Of a stretch of 62,195 nt of DNA, positions 10,714-20,596 are shown one piece after another (the first letter of the stretch is position 1; every line of letters starts with the position of its first letter). The notes under the pieces were generated by a model. The model ran no database searches and had not been told where the DNA came from. It was given only the letters and a program-made list of their open reading frames with translations. Both the position numbers and the translations under genes were made by a program. The stretch comes from Candidatus Melainabacteria bacterium GWF2_37_15 (lineage in GTDB: Bacteria; Cyanobacteriota; Vampirovibrionia; Gastranaerophilales; UBA9971), in assembly GCA_001784565.1 (NCBI GenBank), contig MFRL01000086.1:1-62195 (forward strand), written 5' to 3'.

Positions 10714-11658
10714 TTACAGCTTTGCCCCTGATGTATCCGGTTTTATTATTGAAACAGTTTTTGCTTCTTTTACATCAATACGACAGTCCCGTAACCTGTA
10801 CCTTAGCTCTTCCTCCACGTTCGGGTCATGTATAAGCCTTTCCACATAGTTTAAATTTGGCTTAAATGCCTTTGCATGCAGGCTTTCCTGCATAATTATT
10901 TCTGCCAGTTTATCTGCATCATAATTGTAATTCGGCCTTGTGGTGCAACTCAGGATTTCCCCGGTAGTTGATGTAATTTCAGGATAATTTTCTTCAAAAT
11001 ACAGCTTGAAAACTGACTTTAAATCAGCCATTTCTGACTGCATTATCTGGATAGTACTCTGAATTCTTAAATATCTTTCAAACAAGTACTCAATATTGTC
11101 TAATTGTGAAAATTGCCAGCTAAGCTTTTTTTCATAAAAAAGTCTTAAATGAGGATAAACATAAGCCAGTTCTTTTGCATCAGACATAGCACGGTGTATA
11201 ACAGGAAGATTAATGTTAAACCTTCTTAACAGCGCTTCCAGTCCGTGTGAGGGCTCATCCGGAAAAACTTCCTTAAACATATGGAAAGTATCAATTTTAG
11301 AGTTTTTAAGCCTTTCTCCATAGAGAGTCCTGTGAGCCTGATTGAGGAAGCTGTAATCAAATATCGCATTATGCGCAACAATGGGGTAATCTTTGATAAA
11401 ATCAAGGATTTTGGGCATTGCTTCTTCAATAGTGGGCGCATTCTCTACCATTTCAGGTGTTATATGATGGATTTCAATACTGGAGCGTCGTATTTCCTGT
11501 TGGGGGTTAATTAATGTTTCAAACTCTTCGGTTATCTGGTTATTTACCAGCTTAACTCCTGCAAACTCAATAATTTTTTCTCTTTTATAGTCCAGCCCGG
11601 TTGTTTCCAGGTCAAGGACAATTTTTATATCCTGCTCTTCCACCTTATTTTCCACCAC
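10714..11658 (-). CDS. DnaQ-like 3'-5' exonuclease domain protein with an uncharacterised C-terminal half
   Basis: The ExoI motif is VLDLETTGLD, ExoII is VAHNAIFDYSFL, and ExoIII is HRAMSDA. It has a GTG start. Confidence 0.75.
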   Translation of the reverse strand: MVENKVEEQDIKIVLDLETTGLDYKREKIIEFAGVKLVNNQITEEFETLINPQQEIRRSSIEIHHITPEMVENAPTIEEAMPKILDFIKDYPIVAHNAIFDYSFLNQAHRTLYGERLKNSKIDTFHMFKEVFPDEPSHGLEALLRRFNINLPVIHRAMSDAKELAYVYPHLRLFYEKKLSWQFSQLDNIEYLFERYLRIQSTIQIMQSEMADLKSVFKLYFEENYPEITSTTGEILSCTTRPNYNYDADKLAEIIMQESLHAKAFKPNLNYVERLIHDPNVEEELRYRLRDCRIDVKEAKTVSIIKPDTSGAKL

Positions 11659-11709
11659 GAATTTCCTTTAATTAAATAATAACATATCCAGATATTGTTT
11701 TAACGATTT

Positions 11710-12039
11710 CTAGGTAGCATATCTTTTTTTCTTGGGTACAAAAGAAAATTCAAAACCTAAGTTATCAATAATTTTAATTATTAATGAAAATTCAGGTTTT
11801 ACTTTGTTATTAAATATTTTATAAAGATAAGTTCTATTCACTCCCACTTTTTCAGCAAAATGCGAAACCGGGCCCTGCGCCTGCACAAGTGGCTTTAAGC
11901 AATGGAGAAACACTTCGGTATTGTTATCTTTAAGATATTCTTTAATATTTTCTTCAAGATAACTTTTAGCTATTTCTGGATTTTTTAATTCTTTTATTAA
12001 AAATTCATCAAAATTAGTATATATATTTTTTTTATTCAT
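11710..12039 (-). CDS. HigA-type addiction-module antidote protein (HTH)
   Basis: The protein reads MNKKNIYTNFDEFLIKELKNPE...VSHFAEKVGVNRTYLYKIF. Its ATG overlaps the toxin stop by 8 nt, and I chose the internal Met at 12039 instead of the track start. Confidence 0.7.
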   Translation of the reverse strand: MNKKNIYTNFDEFLIKELKNPEIAKSYLEENIKEYLKDNNTEVFLHCLKPLVQAQGPVSHFAEKVGVNRTYLYKIFNNKVKPEFSLIIKIIDNLGFEFSFVPKKKRYAT

Positions 12040-12360
12040 AGTCTTGATTCCTCTGTTTATAATCCTGTAAATAGTCCTGAGCTTTTTTAATATCATCTGA
12101 TTGCCTTGATTTATTTCCTCCTGTAAGCAACAAAATCATAATATTTGATAACTCAGCAAAATAAATTCTTAATCCGCCTTTAAATTTTAATTCGTTTACT
12201 TCTTTGGGCAGTATTTTATATTCTCCGTAATTACCGGCTGACATTCTTTTTAAGCGGGTGTTTATAATACCTTTTAGAGAATTATCTAAATTTTTGTATC
12301 ATTCCCAAAAAGGGGATTTTCCATTTAGTTTTTTGTAAATCTCAATTTTTTTCTCTTGCA
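12032..12360 (-). pseudogene. Addiction-module killer protein (HigB/RelE superfamily) interrupted by an in-frame TGA
   Basis: The frame reads MQEKKIEIYKKLNGKSPFWE*YKNLDNSLKGIINTRLKRMSAGNYGEYK...GGLRIYFAEL..ILLLTGGNKSRQSDDIKKA. The stop at 12298-12300 falls where family members have a conserved Trp (F.xWLxxLD). Confidence 0.7.
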
Positions 12361-12373
12361 TGTCAATAGTGTA

Positions 12374-13207
12374 TCATATTAGATACACTATATCAAGATA
12401 TTGTTTTAACGATTTTTCCCAATTCTGGCATAAACCGCTATTATCCATAACTGAATAAGCAGGCCTTTTGGCCGGACGAAGAAATTCAGCAGTTGTGCAG
12501 GGATTAACCTTTGTTTTTATGTTTGCAATTTCAAATATTTTTTTTGTAAACCCGTACCACGTGGTATTTCCAGACCCGCACACATGGTATATTCCATAAG
12601 GCATGCTTTGATTAATAATTTTTAAAATCCCGCCCCCCAGGTCATAAGTCCAGGTCGGACAGCCTGTTTGATCGTTCACAACCCTTAATTCCGGCATTTT
12701 TTCAGCTAATGTAATCATGGTGTTCACAAAGTTTTTCCCGTTTTTACCGTACAGCCAGCTTGTCCTGGTTATATAATGCCTGGAGTTATATTTTTGAACA
12801 GCCATTTCGCCTGCTAATTTAGATGCGCCGTAGACAGACTGTGGATTTGTCTTATCTAATGGGACATAAGGAGTATTTTTTGTCCCGTCAAATACATAGT
12901 CAGTGCTTATATAAACAATTGGGATGTTAAACTCAGCGGTTATTTTCGCTAAATTTTCCGTACCTGTGCCGTTTATTTTAAAAGCAAGTTCTTTGTTTTC
13001 TTCGGCTCCGTCCACGTTCGTATAAGCTGCGGCATGAACCACGATGTCACAATTATTTTTGCAAAAAAAGTCTTTCACAGCCTCAAAATCAGTTATATTC
13101 AGATTATGAATATCTGTGGAAATGATTTCATAATCCTGCTCTATGGCAATGTGCTGGAAATCCTGCCCGAACATACCATTTGCACCCGTCAGGAGGATTT
13201 TTTTCAT
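12374..13207 (-). CDS. rfbD: dTDP-4-dehydrorhamnose reductase
   Basis: It starts MKKILLTGANGMFG (Rossmann fold), contains ISTDYVFDG and YGASKLAGE, and sits in rml context. Confidence 0.9.
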   Translation of the reverse strand: MKKILLTGANGMFGQDFQHIAIEQDYEIISTDIHNLNITDFEAVKDFFCKNNCDIVVHAAAYTNVDGAEENKELAFKINGTGTENLAKITAEFNIPIVYISTDYVFDGTKNTPYVPLDKTNPQSVYGASKLAGEMAVQKYNSRHYITRTSWLYGKNGKNFVNTMITLAEKMPELRVVNDQTGCPTWTYDLGGGILKIINQSMPYGIYHVCGSGNTTWYGFTKKIFEIANIKTKVNPCTTAEFLRPAKRPAYSVMDNSGLCQNWEKSLKQYLDIVYLI

Positions 13208-14181
13208 TGAGCCAGCGCCTTTTGCTTAATATTATTGAGCCATTCCTGATTGTTTAAATACCAGTCTATGGTTAATTTTATGCCTTCTTCAAAACATACG
13301 GACGGGCTCCAGCCAAGTTCCCGCTGAATTTTTGAGCTGTCTATTGCGTATCTTCTGTCGTGGCCCAGCCTGTCCTCAACGTATTTAATTAAAGATTCCG
13401 GCTTATTCATTTCTTTTAAAAGGATTTTGGTGATTTCCATGTTGGTTTTTTCGTTATTTCCGCCAATATTATAGACTTCACCTTCTTTTCCCTTGTGTAA
13501 AACAGCATCAATTGCGCTGCAATGGTCATATACATACAACCAGTCCCTTACATTCAGCCCGTCACCATAGACCGGAACCTGCTTATTTTCAAGAAGATTG
13601 CTTATAAAAAACGGAATAAGCTTTTCCGGGTACTGGTACGGCCCGTAATTGTTGGAACAACGTGTTATTAAAACAGGCGTTTTATATGTTTCATAATAAG
13701 ATCTTACGAGCATATCAGCCCCTGCCTTACTTGCAGAATACGGGCTGTTCGGCGAAACAGGAGTTTCTTCAGTGAAGTAACCTGTTTTGCCGAGTGTTCC
13801 ATACACTTCATCTGTGGAAATCTGAACATACCTGTGAACTTTTAATTTTTTTGCAGCTTCAAGCAGGTTAAGCGTGCCTTTAACATTTGTTTCAACAAAA
13901 ATTTCCGGTCCGGTTATACTTCTATCAACATGCGTTTCCGCTGCGAAATTAAGGCAGGCGTCAATTCCTTCCATCAATTCTGCAACCAGAGCTTTGTCAC
14001 ATATATCCCCTTTTACAAAAGTATAATTAGGATTATTTTCAATATCCTTGAGGTTTTTAAGGTTTCCGGCATAACCCAGTTTATCCAGGTTTATGACTTT
14101 ATAGTCAGGATATTTATTTAAAATATGCCTGATAAAGCAATTGCCGATAAACCCGGCTCCACCTGTGACAAGTAATTTCAT
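13204..14181 (-). CDS. rfbB: dTDP-glucose 4,6-dehydratase
   Basis: Motifs are MKLLVTGGAGFIG, HVDRSI, STDEVYG, YSASKAGAD and RCSNNYGPYQ.PEKLIP. Confidence 0.93.
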   Translation of the reverse strand: MKLLVTGGAGFIGNCFIRHILNKYPDYKVINLDKLGYAGNLKNLKDIENNPNYTFVKGDICDKALVAELMEGIDACLNFAAETHVDRSITGPEIFVETNVKGTLNLLEAAKKLKVHRYVQISTDEVYGTLGKTGYFTEETPVSPNSPYSASKAGADMLVRSYYETYKTPVLITRCSNNYGPYQYPEKLIPFFISNLLENKQVPVYGDGLNVRDWLYVYDHCSAIDAVLHKGKEGEVYNIGGNNEKTNMEITKILLKEMNKPESLIKYVEDRLGHDRRYAIDSSKIQRELGWSPSVCFEEGIKLTIDWYLNNQEWLNNIKQKALAQ

Positions 14182-14183
14182 TT

Positions 14184-14798
14184 TTAAATTATATCATCAA
14201 GATTTATTTTACCCAATTTAAATTCAGCCTCGATTTCTTTTATAGCCCTGTCTTTGCCTTTACCTTTTAAGTAATAAATAGTTTCCCCTTCGGAATCAAT
14301 ACGGTTGTGCATTTTTAAGCGTTCTTCATAGAATTTCTTACTGTCATCTACCCCATCCAAAGAAATCTCATCTAATCCAAGTTTTTTTGTAATCTTTGTG
14401 AGCATCCCCATCATTACTCTTCCGCAGCCCTCAAGCCCTCTTCTTTTGCCAAACTGGTATTCAGGTTTAGTTATCAAGGCTTCAACAAAAATATTCGACT
14501 TTTCCTCATCTTTACTGATACCGGCAAGAGTTACTATTCTATCAGCAAGTGGTTTTCTATTATCCGGTAATTCTATTGCATATATTTTTTGAGAAAATAA
14601 TTTCAATGGTATAGAAATATCATCAGGGAATTTCCATTTTTTCTTTAAAGTTGACAATATATTCTTGTCTTCCTTGGATTTTTTCTCAAGTTCTGTAAAA
14701 AATGCTTTAACAGGAGTTCCATCCTGTTTTCTCAGAAAAACTTCCGCCAGCCTTCTGCTGGAAAAGGTTATAGAATTATTACTGATTCCATTAATCAT
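14184..14798 (-). CDS. Hypothetical protein, possibly GNAT-like acyltransferase
   Basis: RRGLEGCGRVMMGMLTKITKKLGLDEISLDGVDDSKKFYEERLKM weakly resembles GNAT motif A plus its C-terminal helix. It is wedged between rmlB and rmlC. Confidence 0.35.
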   Translation of the reverse strand: MINGISNNSITFSSRRLAEVFLRKQDGTPVKAFFTELEKKSKEDKNILSTLKKKWKFPDDISIPLKLFSQKIYAIELPDNRKPLADRIVTLAGISKDEEKSNIFVEALITKPEYQFGKRRGLEGCGRVMMGMLTKITKKLGLDEISLDGVDDSKKFYEERLKMHNRIDSEGETIYYLKGKGKDRAIKEIEAEFKLGKINLDDII

Positions 14799-14803
14799 AG
14801 TAT

Positions 14804-15334
14804 CTAATTTATAAACGGTAATTTTTTATCTTTTTCTGAAACAATAGTATTTTGTATTGGCCAATCGATCCCTATTTCCGGGTCATCCCAGCGTATCCCT
14901 GCATCATGCGCTGCTGAATACTCGTTTGACGCTTTATAAATCACCTCAGCCACATCTGAAAGCACCACAAAACCATGCGCAAATCCCTCAGGGATATACA
15001 GCATTGTTTTATTTTCTTCAGATAATTCAATTCCAAACCATTTTTTGTAATAAGACGAATCCGGCCTTACATCAACCGCCACATCAAAAATTTTGCCACG
15101 ATTACAGCGGACAAGTTTTGCCTGCCCGCATGGCGATTTCTGGAAATGCAGGCCTCGCAAAACGCCTTTTGTTGATTTGGAGTGATTATCCTGTGAAAAA
15201 TCAACATTTATACCATTTGCTTTAAACTCGGAAAGCTTATAGGTTTCAAGAAAAAATCCCCTTTCATCCTCAAAAACCTTTGGCTCTATAATAACTACGC
15301 CGGGGAGTTGTGTTTCAGTAAATTTAAAAGGCAT
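14804..15334 (-). CDS. rfbC: dTDP-4-dehydrorhamnose 3,5-epimerase
   Basis: The sequence runs F.ETQLPGVVIIEPKVFEDERGFF.E...NHSKSTKGVLRGLHFQ...QAKLVRC..G.IFDVAVD.R..S..Y. Confidence 0.92.
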   Translation of the reverse strand: MPFKFTETQLPGVVIIEPKVFEDERGFFLETYKLSEFKANGINVDFSQDNHSKSTKGVLRGLHFQKSPCGQAKLVRCNRGKIFDVAVDVRPDSSYYKKWFGIELSEENKTMLYIPEGFAHGFVVLSDVAEVIYKASNEYSAAHDAGIRWDDPEIGIDWPIQNTIVSEKDKKLPFIN

Positions 15335-15338
15335 ATTA

Positions 15339-17036
15339 TTATTTTCCTTTTTTCTGAAATATTAATACAGTCCACGGAGCCTCTTTTCGGACTTCCTTTA
15401 GCTCTAAATGTTTGTTTGCAACTCTTAACAGATCTATTGTTATTTTTGAATATAGCATAAACTGTAAGGGATTTTTTTTAAATAAAGCATCATTACTTGC
15501 AATTCCCTTTAGTGTTACCGAATTATAATAACAAATATCTTTGTTATGAGTAATAATAAAATAATCTGAGTCCTGTAGTGTGTCGAAAAACTTTTCTTTT
15601 ACGTATTCTTCGAATTCAGGCAAATATCCATCCATTAAAAGATACTTCCTTAATATCTCGCTTGAGTTGCTCATTGAGATATTTTTTGCTGATTCTTTGC
15701 CAATAAGTGCAGAAATATTATCTTTTTTTAAGAACGTTTGAGGCAGGGTGTATTTTCTAAACTCTGCTTTATTGTACTTATCAATTTTGTTTTTAATACG
15801 TGGGAAAAAGACTATATCATTTTTTTTTAAAGATATAGTTTCAAATAATCCGGCAATGACTTTCTGTTTGTCAGGCCTGTCTATCTTTGGTGCGCTGGTC
15901 GGGCTAAAAAGTATGTAAAGTAAGCTAACAACAATTAAAAATGAAAATACTGAGCGTGATAGTACCCTATATTTAAATGAAGTTATTCCCTTTGCCGCAA
16001 CCAGCATAAAAAAGGGCATACAAATTAAGGTATAGCGTGAAATTATGACGTATGTCTGTAAATATGATAATGTAAGTACAATTGCCAAAAAGCATACAGG
16101 AGGAAGCAACAGTGCATACACTGGATTAAGACGGTTTTTGTCGCTGATAACAGCCTTAATCATAAACCAGATGCCAATAATAATGGGTATAATAATGTAG
16201 ACTACCACGTTTAAATTCAAGTGGGACAGCACTTTTGAAAGGTAATATGGGGGATTATTATATATTCCTGTAACTACAGGTGAAAAATAATTCTGGAGAA
16301 GAACAAAAATAACCTGTGGGTCAAAATAATGAATTTCAGAATAACTAAGTACTTTCCAGCTGGAAGTTACAGACCCGTTTATAAATGTTTGTATAAGCGA
16401 AATAAGTACAAACACACAGGGGATGGAGAAAACAGCAAGAGTTTTTAAAAATCCAGAGAACTTTTCCTTATTATTAAGGAATAAATAAACGCATAAAAAT
16501 ATAATTTCAGGAATTACAATTAGCACACTTATATAATGAGTAGCCAAAAATACCCCGTTAATAATAAAAAACAGGAGATAATTTAGCGTATTAGGCTTAT
16601 TTATTATCCTTACAGTGAACCATGCTGATAGCGTTGATATTAAAGCCAGGAAAGAATATTGCCTGACTTCCTGGGAATAATAAATTAGAAATGAATTTAC
16701 TGCGACAAGTAACGCTGCAACATTACCAGCTGATTTATCCAGTTCCCGCCCCGCAAAATACATAACAAGCACGCTAATAACTCCGAATATTACCGATAAA
16801 AGCCTGAGCGTTATGTCGGTATCGCCAAATAACATCATCCAATAGTGAAGAATTATAAAATAAAAAGGCCTTGGTAAACTTGCATTGAAAACATTTACTA
16901 TAGAATCATTGGATGCAATATTATATGTGACTATTTCGTCGTACCAGAGACCGCCGGATTTATCTATCCCGATCAACCGTACGACCAGGGCTAAAACAGT
17001 AATTAATCCCAAAATCCAGTATTTTTTTAAACACAT
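15339..17036 (-). CDS. Polytopic membrane glycosyltransferase (ArnT/PMT, GT39/GT83-like)
   Basis: It has more than 10 TM segments, and its first loop GGLWYDEIVTY resembles the DE motif of PMT_2/ArnT enzymes. I moved the start to the Met at 17036 because the track start overlaps the divergent gene. Confidence 0.7.
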   Translation of the reverse strand: MCLKKYWILGLITVLALVVRLIGIDKSGGLWYDEIVTYNIASNDSIVNVFNASLPRPFYFIILHYWMMLFGDTDITLRLLSVIFGVISVLVMYFAGRELDKSAGNVAALLVAVNSFLIYYSQEVRQYSFLALISTLSAWFTVRIINKPNTLNYLLFFIINGVFLATHYISVLIVIPEIIFLCVYLFLNNKEKFSGFLKTLAVFSIPCVFVLISLIQTFINGSVTSSWKVLSYSEIHYFDPQVIFVLLQNYFSPVVTGIYNNPPYYLSKVLSHLNLNVVVYIIIPIIIGIWFMIKAVISDKNRLNPVYALLLPPVCFLAIVLTLSYLQTYVIISRYTLICMPFFMLVAAKGITSFKYRVLSRSVFSFLIVVSLLYILFSPTSAPKIDRPDKQKVIAGLFETISLKKNDIVFFPRIKNKIDKYNKAEFRKYTLPQTFLKKDNISALIGKESAKNISMSNSSEILRKYLLMDGYLPEFEEYVKEKFFDTLQDSDYFIITHNKDICYYNSVTLKGIASNDALFKKNPLQFMLYSKITIDLLRVANKHLELKEVRKEAPWTVLIFQKKGK

Positions 17037-17059
17037 GATTAGTGTATTATAGAATAAGA

Positions 17060-18526
17060 ATGTCAAAAGCACAAAGGACAATTTTAATTGGAGCTGGAGA
17101 GGCTGGACAGCAGGTATTGAGGGAAATTCAAGCGAATCCCGGGTTAAATATCTGCGCTGTAGGCTTTCTTGATGATGACAGTACAATACAGGGGAAAATT
17201 ATCCAAAATATTCCTGTACTTGGCAAAGTTGACGATATTCCGGAAATTACAAAAAAGCACAAAATTGAATTAATAATTATATGTATCCCTTCTGCTAAAA
17301 GCGAGCAGCTAAACAAAATAACCTCCTTGTGCGCAAAAACATTTGTTAAAACAAGAATAGTGCCTGGACTACAGGAAATCATTAACGGCCAGGTTAAAAT
17401 CAACCACATACGGGAAATAAAAATTTCTGATTTACTGTTAAGAACAGAAGTTAATTTTGATTTAGAATCCGGAAAATACGTTAAAGGAAAAAAAGTCCTG
17501 ATTACCGGAGCCGGCGGATCAATCGGCTCAGAGCTATGCAGACAGCTGGCCGAACTTGAACCAAAAGAACTAATTCTTCTTGGAAAAGGAGAAAACAGCA
17601 TTTACCTTATCCACGAAGAATTAAAACAACAATATCCCAAATTAAGTATTTTGCCTGTTATTGCTGATATAAAAGACAAATCCCGGATGGAATATGTTTT
17701 TGACAGATACAAACCAAGCATTATATTCCACGCCGCAGCTCATAAACACGTGCCCCTGATGGAAGACCACGCCTCAGAAGCAGTAATCAACAACATATTT
17801 GGGACTCTTATTGTTGCGAAACTTGCAAGTCAATACAATGTAGAGATTTTTGTCCAGATTTCCACTGATAAAGCAGTGAATTCAACTAATATAATGGGCG
17901 CAACAAAAAGAGTAGCCGAGCTCATCATCCAGAACCTTTCCAGGCAAAAAACTTTCACAAAATATATAACAGTAAGGTTTGGGAATGTTCTTGGAAGCAC
18001 TGGCAGTGTAATTCCTAAATTTTACAAACAAATTGAGCAGGGCGGCCCAATAACCATCACCCATCCCGAGATGACAAGGTATTTTATGACAATACCTGAG
18101 GCCTCGCAGCTCGTTATCCAGGCAGGAAACCTTGGGGCTGAAGGTGAAGTATTTGTTCTTGATATGGGTAAACCGGTAAAAATAGTTGATTTGGCCTGCC
18201 AGCTTATTGTTTTATCAGGCAAAATTCCGGACGTTGACGTAAAAATAGAATACACAGGCCTGCGGCCTGGCGAGAAAATTCACGAAGAACTCTTTATAAA
18301 AGGCGAAAATGTCAATGCTACCTGCTATGAGAAAATATTTGCAGCTAAAATGCCTGATATAAACTCTGATAAACTAATGTTAAACGTAGAAAACTTAAGA
18401 AAAAACGCTGTTTTAAACAATAATATTGAAATAAGACGAATTCTTCAGGAAGATTTGCAAGTTTTAAACTGTTCTGCAACACAGCCTGCAACATATTTAA
18501 CATCCTCTTCCGTCATTAACGGGTAG
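17060..18526 (+). CDS. CapD/PglF-type NDP-sugar (UDP-HexNAc) 4,6-dehydratase, lacking the usual N-terminal TM region
   Basis: Motifs are ILIGAGEAG, VLITGAGGSIGSEL, FHAAAHKHVPLME, STDKAVNSTNIMGATKR and VRFGNVLGS.GSVIP. Confidence 0.85.
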   Translation: MSKAQRTILIGAGEAGQQVLREIQANPGLNICAVGFLDDDSTIQGKIIQNIPVLGKVDDIPEITKKHKIELIIICIPSAKSEQLNKITSLCAKTFVKTRIVPGLQEIINGQVKINHIREIKISDLLLRTEVNFDLESGKYVKGKKVLITGAGGSIGSELCRQLAELEPKELILLGKGENSIYLIHEELKQQYPKLSILPVIADIKDKSRMEYVFDRYKPSIIFHAAAHKHVPLMEDHASEAVINNIFGTLIVAKLASQYNVEIFVQISTDKAVNSTNIMGATKRVAELIIQNLSRQKTFTKYITVRFGNVLGSTGSVIPKFYKQIEQGGPITITHPEMTRYFMTIPEASQLVIQAGNLGAEGEVFVLDMGKPVKIVDLACQLIVLSGKIPDVDVKIEYTGLRPGEKIHEELFIKGENVNATCYEKIFAAKMPDINSDKLMLNVENLRKNAVLNNNIEIRRILQEDLQVLNCSATQPATYLTSSSVING

Positions 18527-19602
18527 AGAGGAAGCGATACAAGCCCTTCAAAAACCTTATCGGTCACAGGGAAATCGCCTGTTTTATAGCCGTATTTATC
18601 TCTATAATAGGGGTGTTTATGTATTGGTATAAAGTGAACGCTTGTGCCGATATTTTTTTGCTTTAATTTTTCGATAAATTCGTTTCTACAAGCTTCTTTT
18701 AACCTTATACAATAAAGATGCCACACCATTTTACCAGGCATACACTCTTTAGGTAAAATGATTCCCGAGATCTCACCCAGTATTTCATCATACATACGAG
18801 CATATTTCGCTCTTGTATCATTAAATCTATCAAGTTTTTTAAGCTGACACAGCCCTAATGCTGCTTGAATATCTGTCATATTGTATTTAAACCCCGGGTA
18901 AATCACCTCATAATGCCAGTTACCCTCAGAAGTGTATCTTTTCCATGCGTCTTTGCTTATGCCGTGCAGGCTTAGGATTCTCAATTTTTCTGCCAGCTCA
19001 TCATTATTTGTTACGACCATTCCTCCTTCTGCGGTGGTTAAATTCTTGGTCGCATAAAAACTGTATGAACATGAATAGCTGTCCTGTCCTGTTTTTCTGC
19101 CTTTATATTCCGCCCCGATTGTGTGCGCTGCGTCTTCTATAACAAGCAAATTGTGCTTTTTGGCTATTTCGTTGATTTTATCCATTTCACAGGACTGCCC
19201 CGCAAAGTGGACAGGCATTATCGCCTTTGTTTTTTCGGTAATAGCAGCTTCAATTTTATTAACATCAATATTAAAAGTTTTTTCGTCAATATCTACCAGC
19301 ACAGGGGTTGCGCCAACATGCTCAATCACGTTCACTGTTGCGCAAAAAGTAAAAGGAGTTGTTATTACTTCATCTCCAGCTTTAATATTACTCGCCACCA
19401 GTGACAAATGCAGGCCTGCCGTGCAGGAATTCAGCGCAATAGCGTGTTTTGCTCCGATGTACTCCTTAAATTTTTCCTCAAACAGCTTTGTTTTAGGCCC
19501 TGTTGTTATCCAGCAGGACTTTAGAGTATCTATTACTTCGTTTATTTCGTCCTCCTCGATTAAAGGGAGGGCGTATGGTAAGAATTTATTCCTAATATCC
19601 AT
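18445..19602 (-). CDS. DegT/DnrJ/EryC1/StrS aminotransferase (PglE-like)
   Basis: Motifs are LNSCTAGLHL, the VIEDAAH.IGA PLP region, and SFYATKNLTTAEGG containing the Lys. It overlaps the convergent dehydratase tail by 82 nt. Confidence 0.88.
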   Translation of the reverse strand: MDIRNKFLPYALPLIEEDEINEVIDTLKSCWITTGPKTKLFEEKFKEYIGAKHAIALNSCTAGLHLSLVASNIKAGDEVITTPFTFCATVNVIEHVGATPVLVDIDEKTFNIDVNKIEAAITEKTKAIMPVHFAGQSCEMDKINEIAKKHNLLVIEDAAHTIGAEYKGRKTGQDSYSCSYSFYATKNLTTAEGGMVVTNNDELAEKLRILSLHGISKDAWKRYTSEGNWHYEVIYPGFKYNMTDIQAALGLCQLKKLDRFNDTRAKYARMYDEILGEISGIILPKECMPGKMVWHLYCIRLKEACRNEFIEKLKQKNIGTSVHFIPIHKHPYYRDKYGYKTGDFPVTDKVFEGLVSLPLYPLMTEEDVKYVAGCVAEQFKTCKSS

Positions 19603-20225
19603 ATAACAATACCTGTCAATCCGGCAAAGCCAGCTATAATCCAGTACAATATCTTCCTATATTTTAACAGAATAGTTAAAAACAAATAAACATCAAGCTC
19701 AATTGATTGATTTTTTATGTACTCGCCTTCAAAAAGGAAAATTTTCTCAGGGATAAATTCTTCCCTGTATTTCAGCATAGTAAGGGAAATTATTCCCGGC
19801 TTCACGCTGGTGATACCTTTTTCTATCCATTCTATGTAACTTTCAGGCTGTGGCCGCGGCCCGACAAAACTCATTTCCCCTTTTAAAATATTTATAAACT
19901 GCGGTAATTCATCAAGAGAAAACGGCCTTATTATTTTTCCGACTTTAGTGACCTGCGGGGCGTTGTTGCCGAGTTCCAGCCCAAGCTGATCCGCTCCCAG
20001 CGTCATTGTCCGCAATTTATACATATCAAACAGCTTGCCGTCTTTTCCGATTCTTCTTTGTTTGTAAAGAACAGGCCCGGGAGAATCAAGTTTTATCCAT
20101 ATAGCAGCCAGAACAAGAATCGGAAAAACAAAAGGTGTAAAGAACAGCACGAAAAATATATCGCCAAGTCTTTTTATAGTTTCATAATGGCGGTTTATTA
20201 CAGGGTTTTTCTTTATTTTCAGCAT
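19560..20225 (-). CDS. Small bacterial sugar transferase (PglC/WbaP C-terminal type, initiating phosphoglycosyl transferase)
   Basis: It has a re-entrant helix followed by PGPVLYKQRRIGKDGKLF.MYKLRTM, DELPQFINILKGEMSFVGPRP. Confidence 0.85.
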   Translation of the reverse strand: MLKIKKNPVINRHYETIKRLGDIFFVLFFTPFVFPILVLAAIWIKLDSPGPVLYKQRRIGKDGKLFDMYKLRTMTLGADQLGLELGNNAPQVTKVGKIIRPFSLDELPQFINILKGEMSFVGPRPQPESYIEWIEKGITSVKPGIISLTMLKYREEFIPEKIFLFEGEYIKNQSIELDVYLFLTILLKYRKILYWIIAGFAGLTGIVIWILGINSYHTPSL

Positions 20226-20227
20226 AC

Positions 20228-20596
20228 CTAGCTATATTCCTCAAAAATGTAGTCATTAAGGTCAAAATATTCTGACGCTAACACCTGAAGAATACAATCC
20301 TGTGTAAAATTGTACATTTTATGCCAGTCTTCCGGCATTAAAACAAGGCATTTGTTAGGTTTATCAAGAATAAAAGTTTCTTCTTTCTCTCCATCATTGT
20401 TATAAACCTCACAGCTTCCCTTTAAACAGTATAAAGCCTGGATAGTCTTCTTATGGCGATGCCTTCCCCTGACAGAATCATCAACCCCATAAATGTAAAA
20501 AACTCTTTTAATGCTAAATGGAATTTCCTTATCTTCAATAACAGTAAGGTTTCCTCTTATATCAGCAAATGTTTTCAAGTCAATCAGGTAAGCCAT
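20228..20596 (-). CDS. FdtA/WxcM-like cupin (dTDP-4-keto-6-deoxyhexose 3,4-isomerase)
   Basis: The sequence reads F.D.RGNLTVIE...IPFSIKRVFYIYGV...RG.HRHK...Q...CLKGSC.V. Confidence 0.8.
   Translation of the reverse strand: MAYLIDLKTFADIRGNLTVIEDKEIPFSIKRVFYIYGVDDSVRGRHRHKKTIQALYCLKGSCEVYNNDGEKEETFILDKPNKCLVLMPEDWHKMYNFTQDCILQVLASEYFDLNDYIFEEYS

Noticed and set aside
12298-12300. In-frame TGA at a conserved Trp position as evidence for an alternative genetic code (TGA=Trp or Gly)
   Set aside because: TGA clearly terminates several well-supported genes in ATGA/TGATG overlaps (920-923, 31017-31020, 51040-51044, 53589-53592), and the large ORFs show no internal TGA. A single nonsense mutation explains it better.
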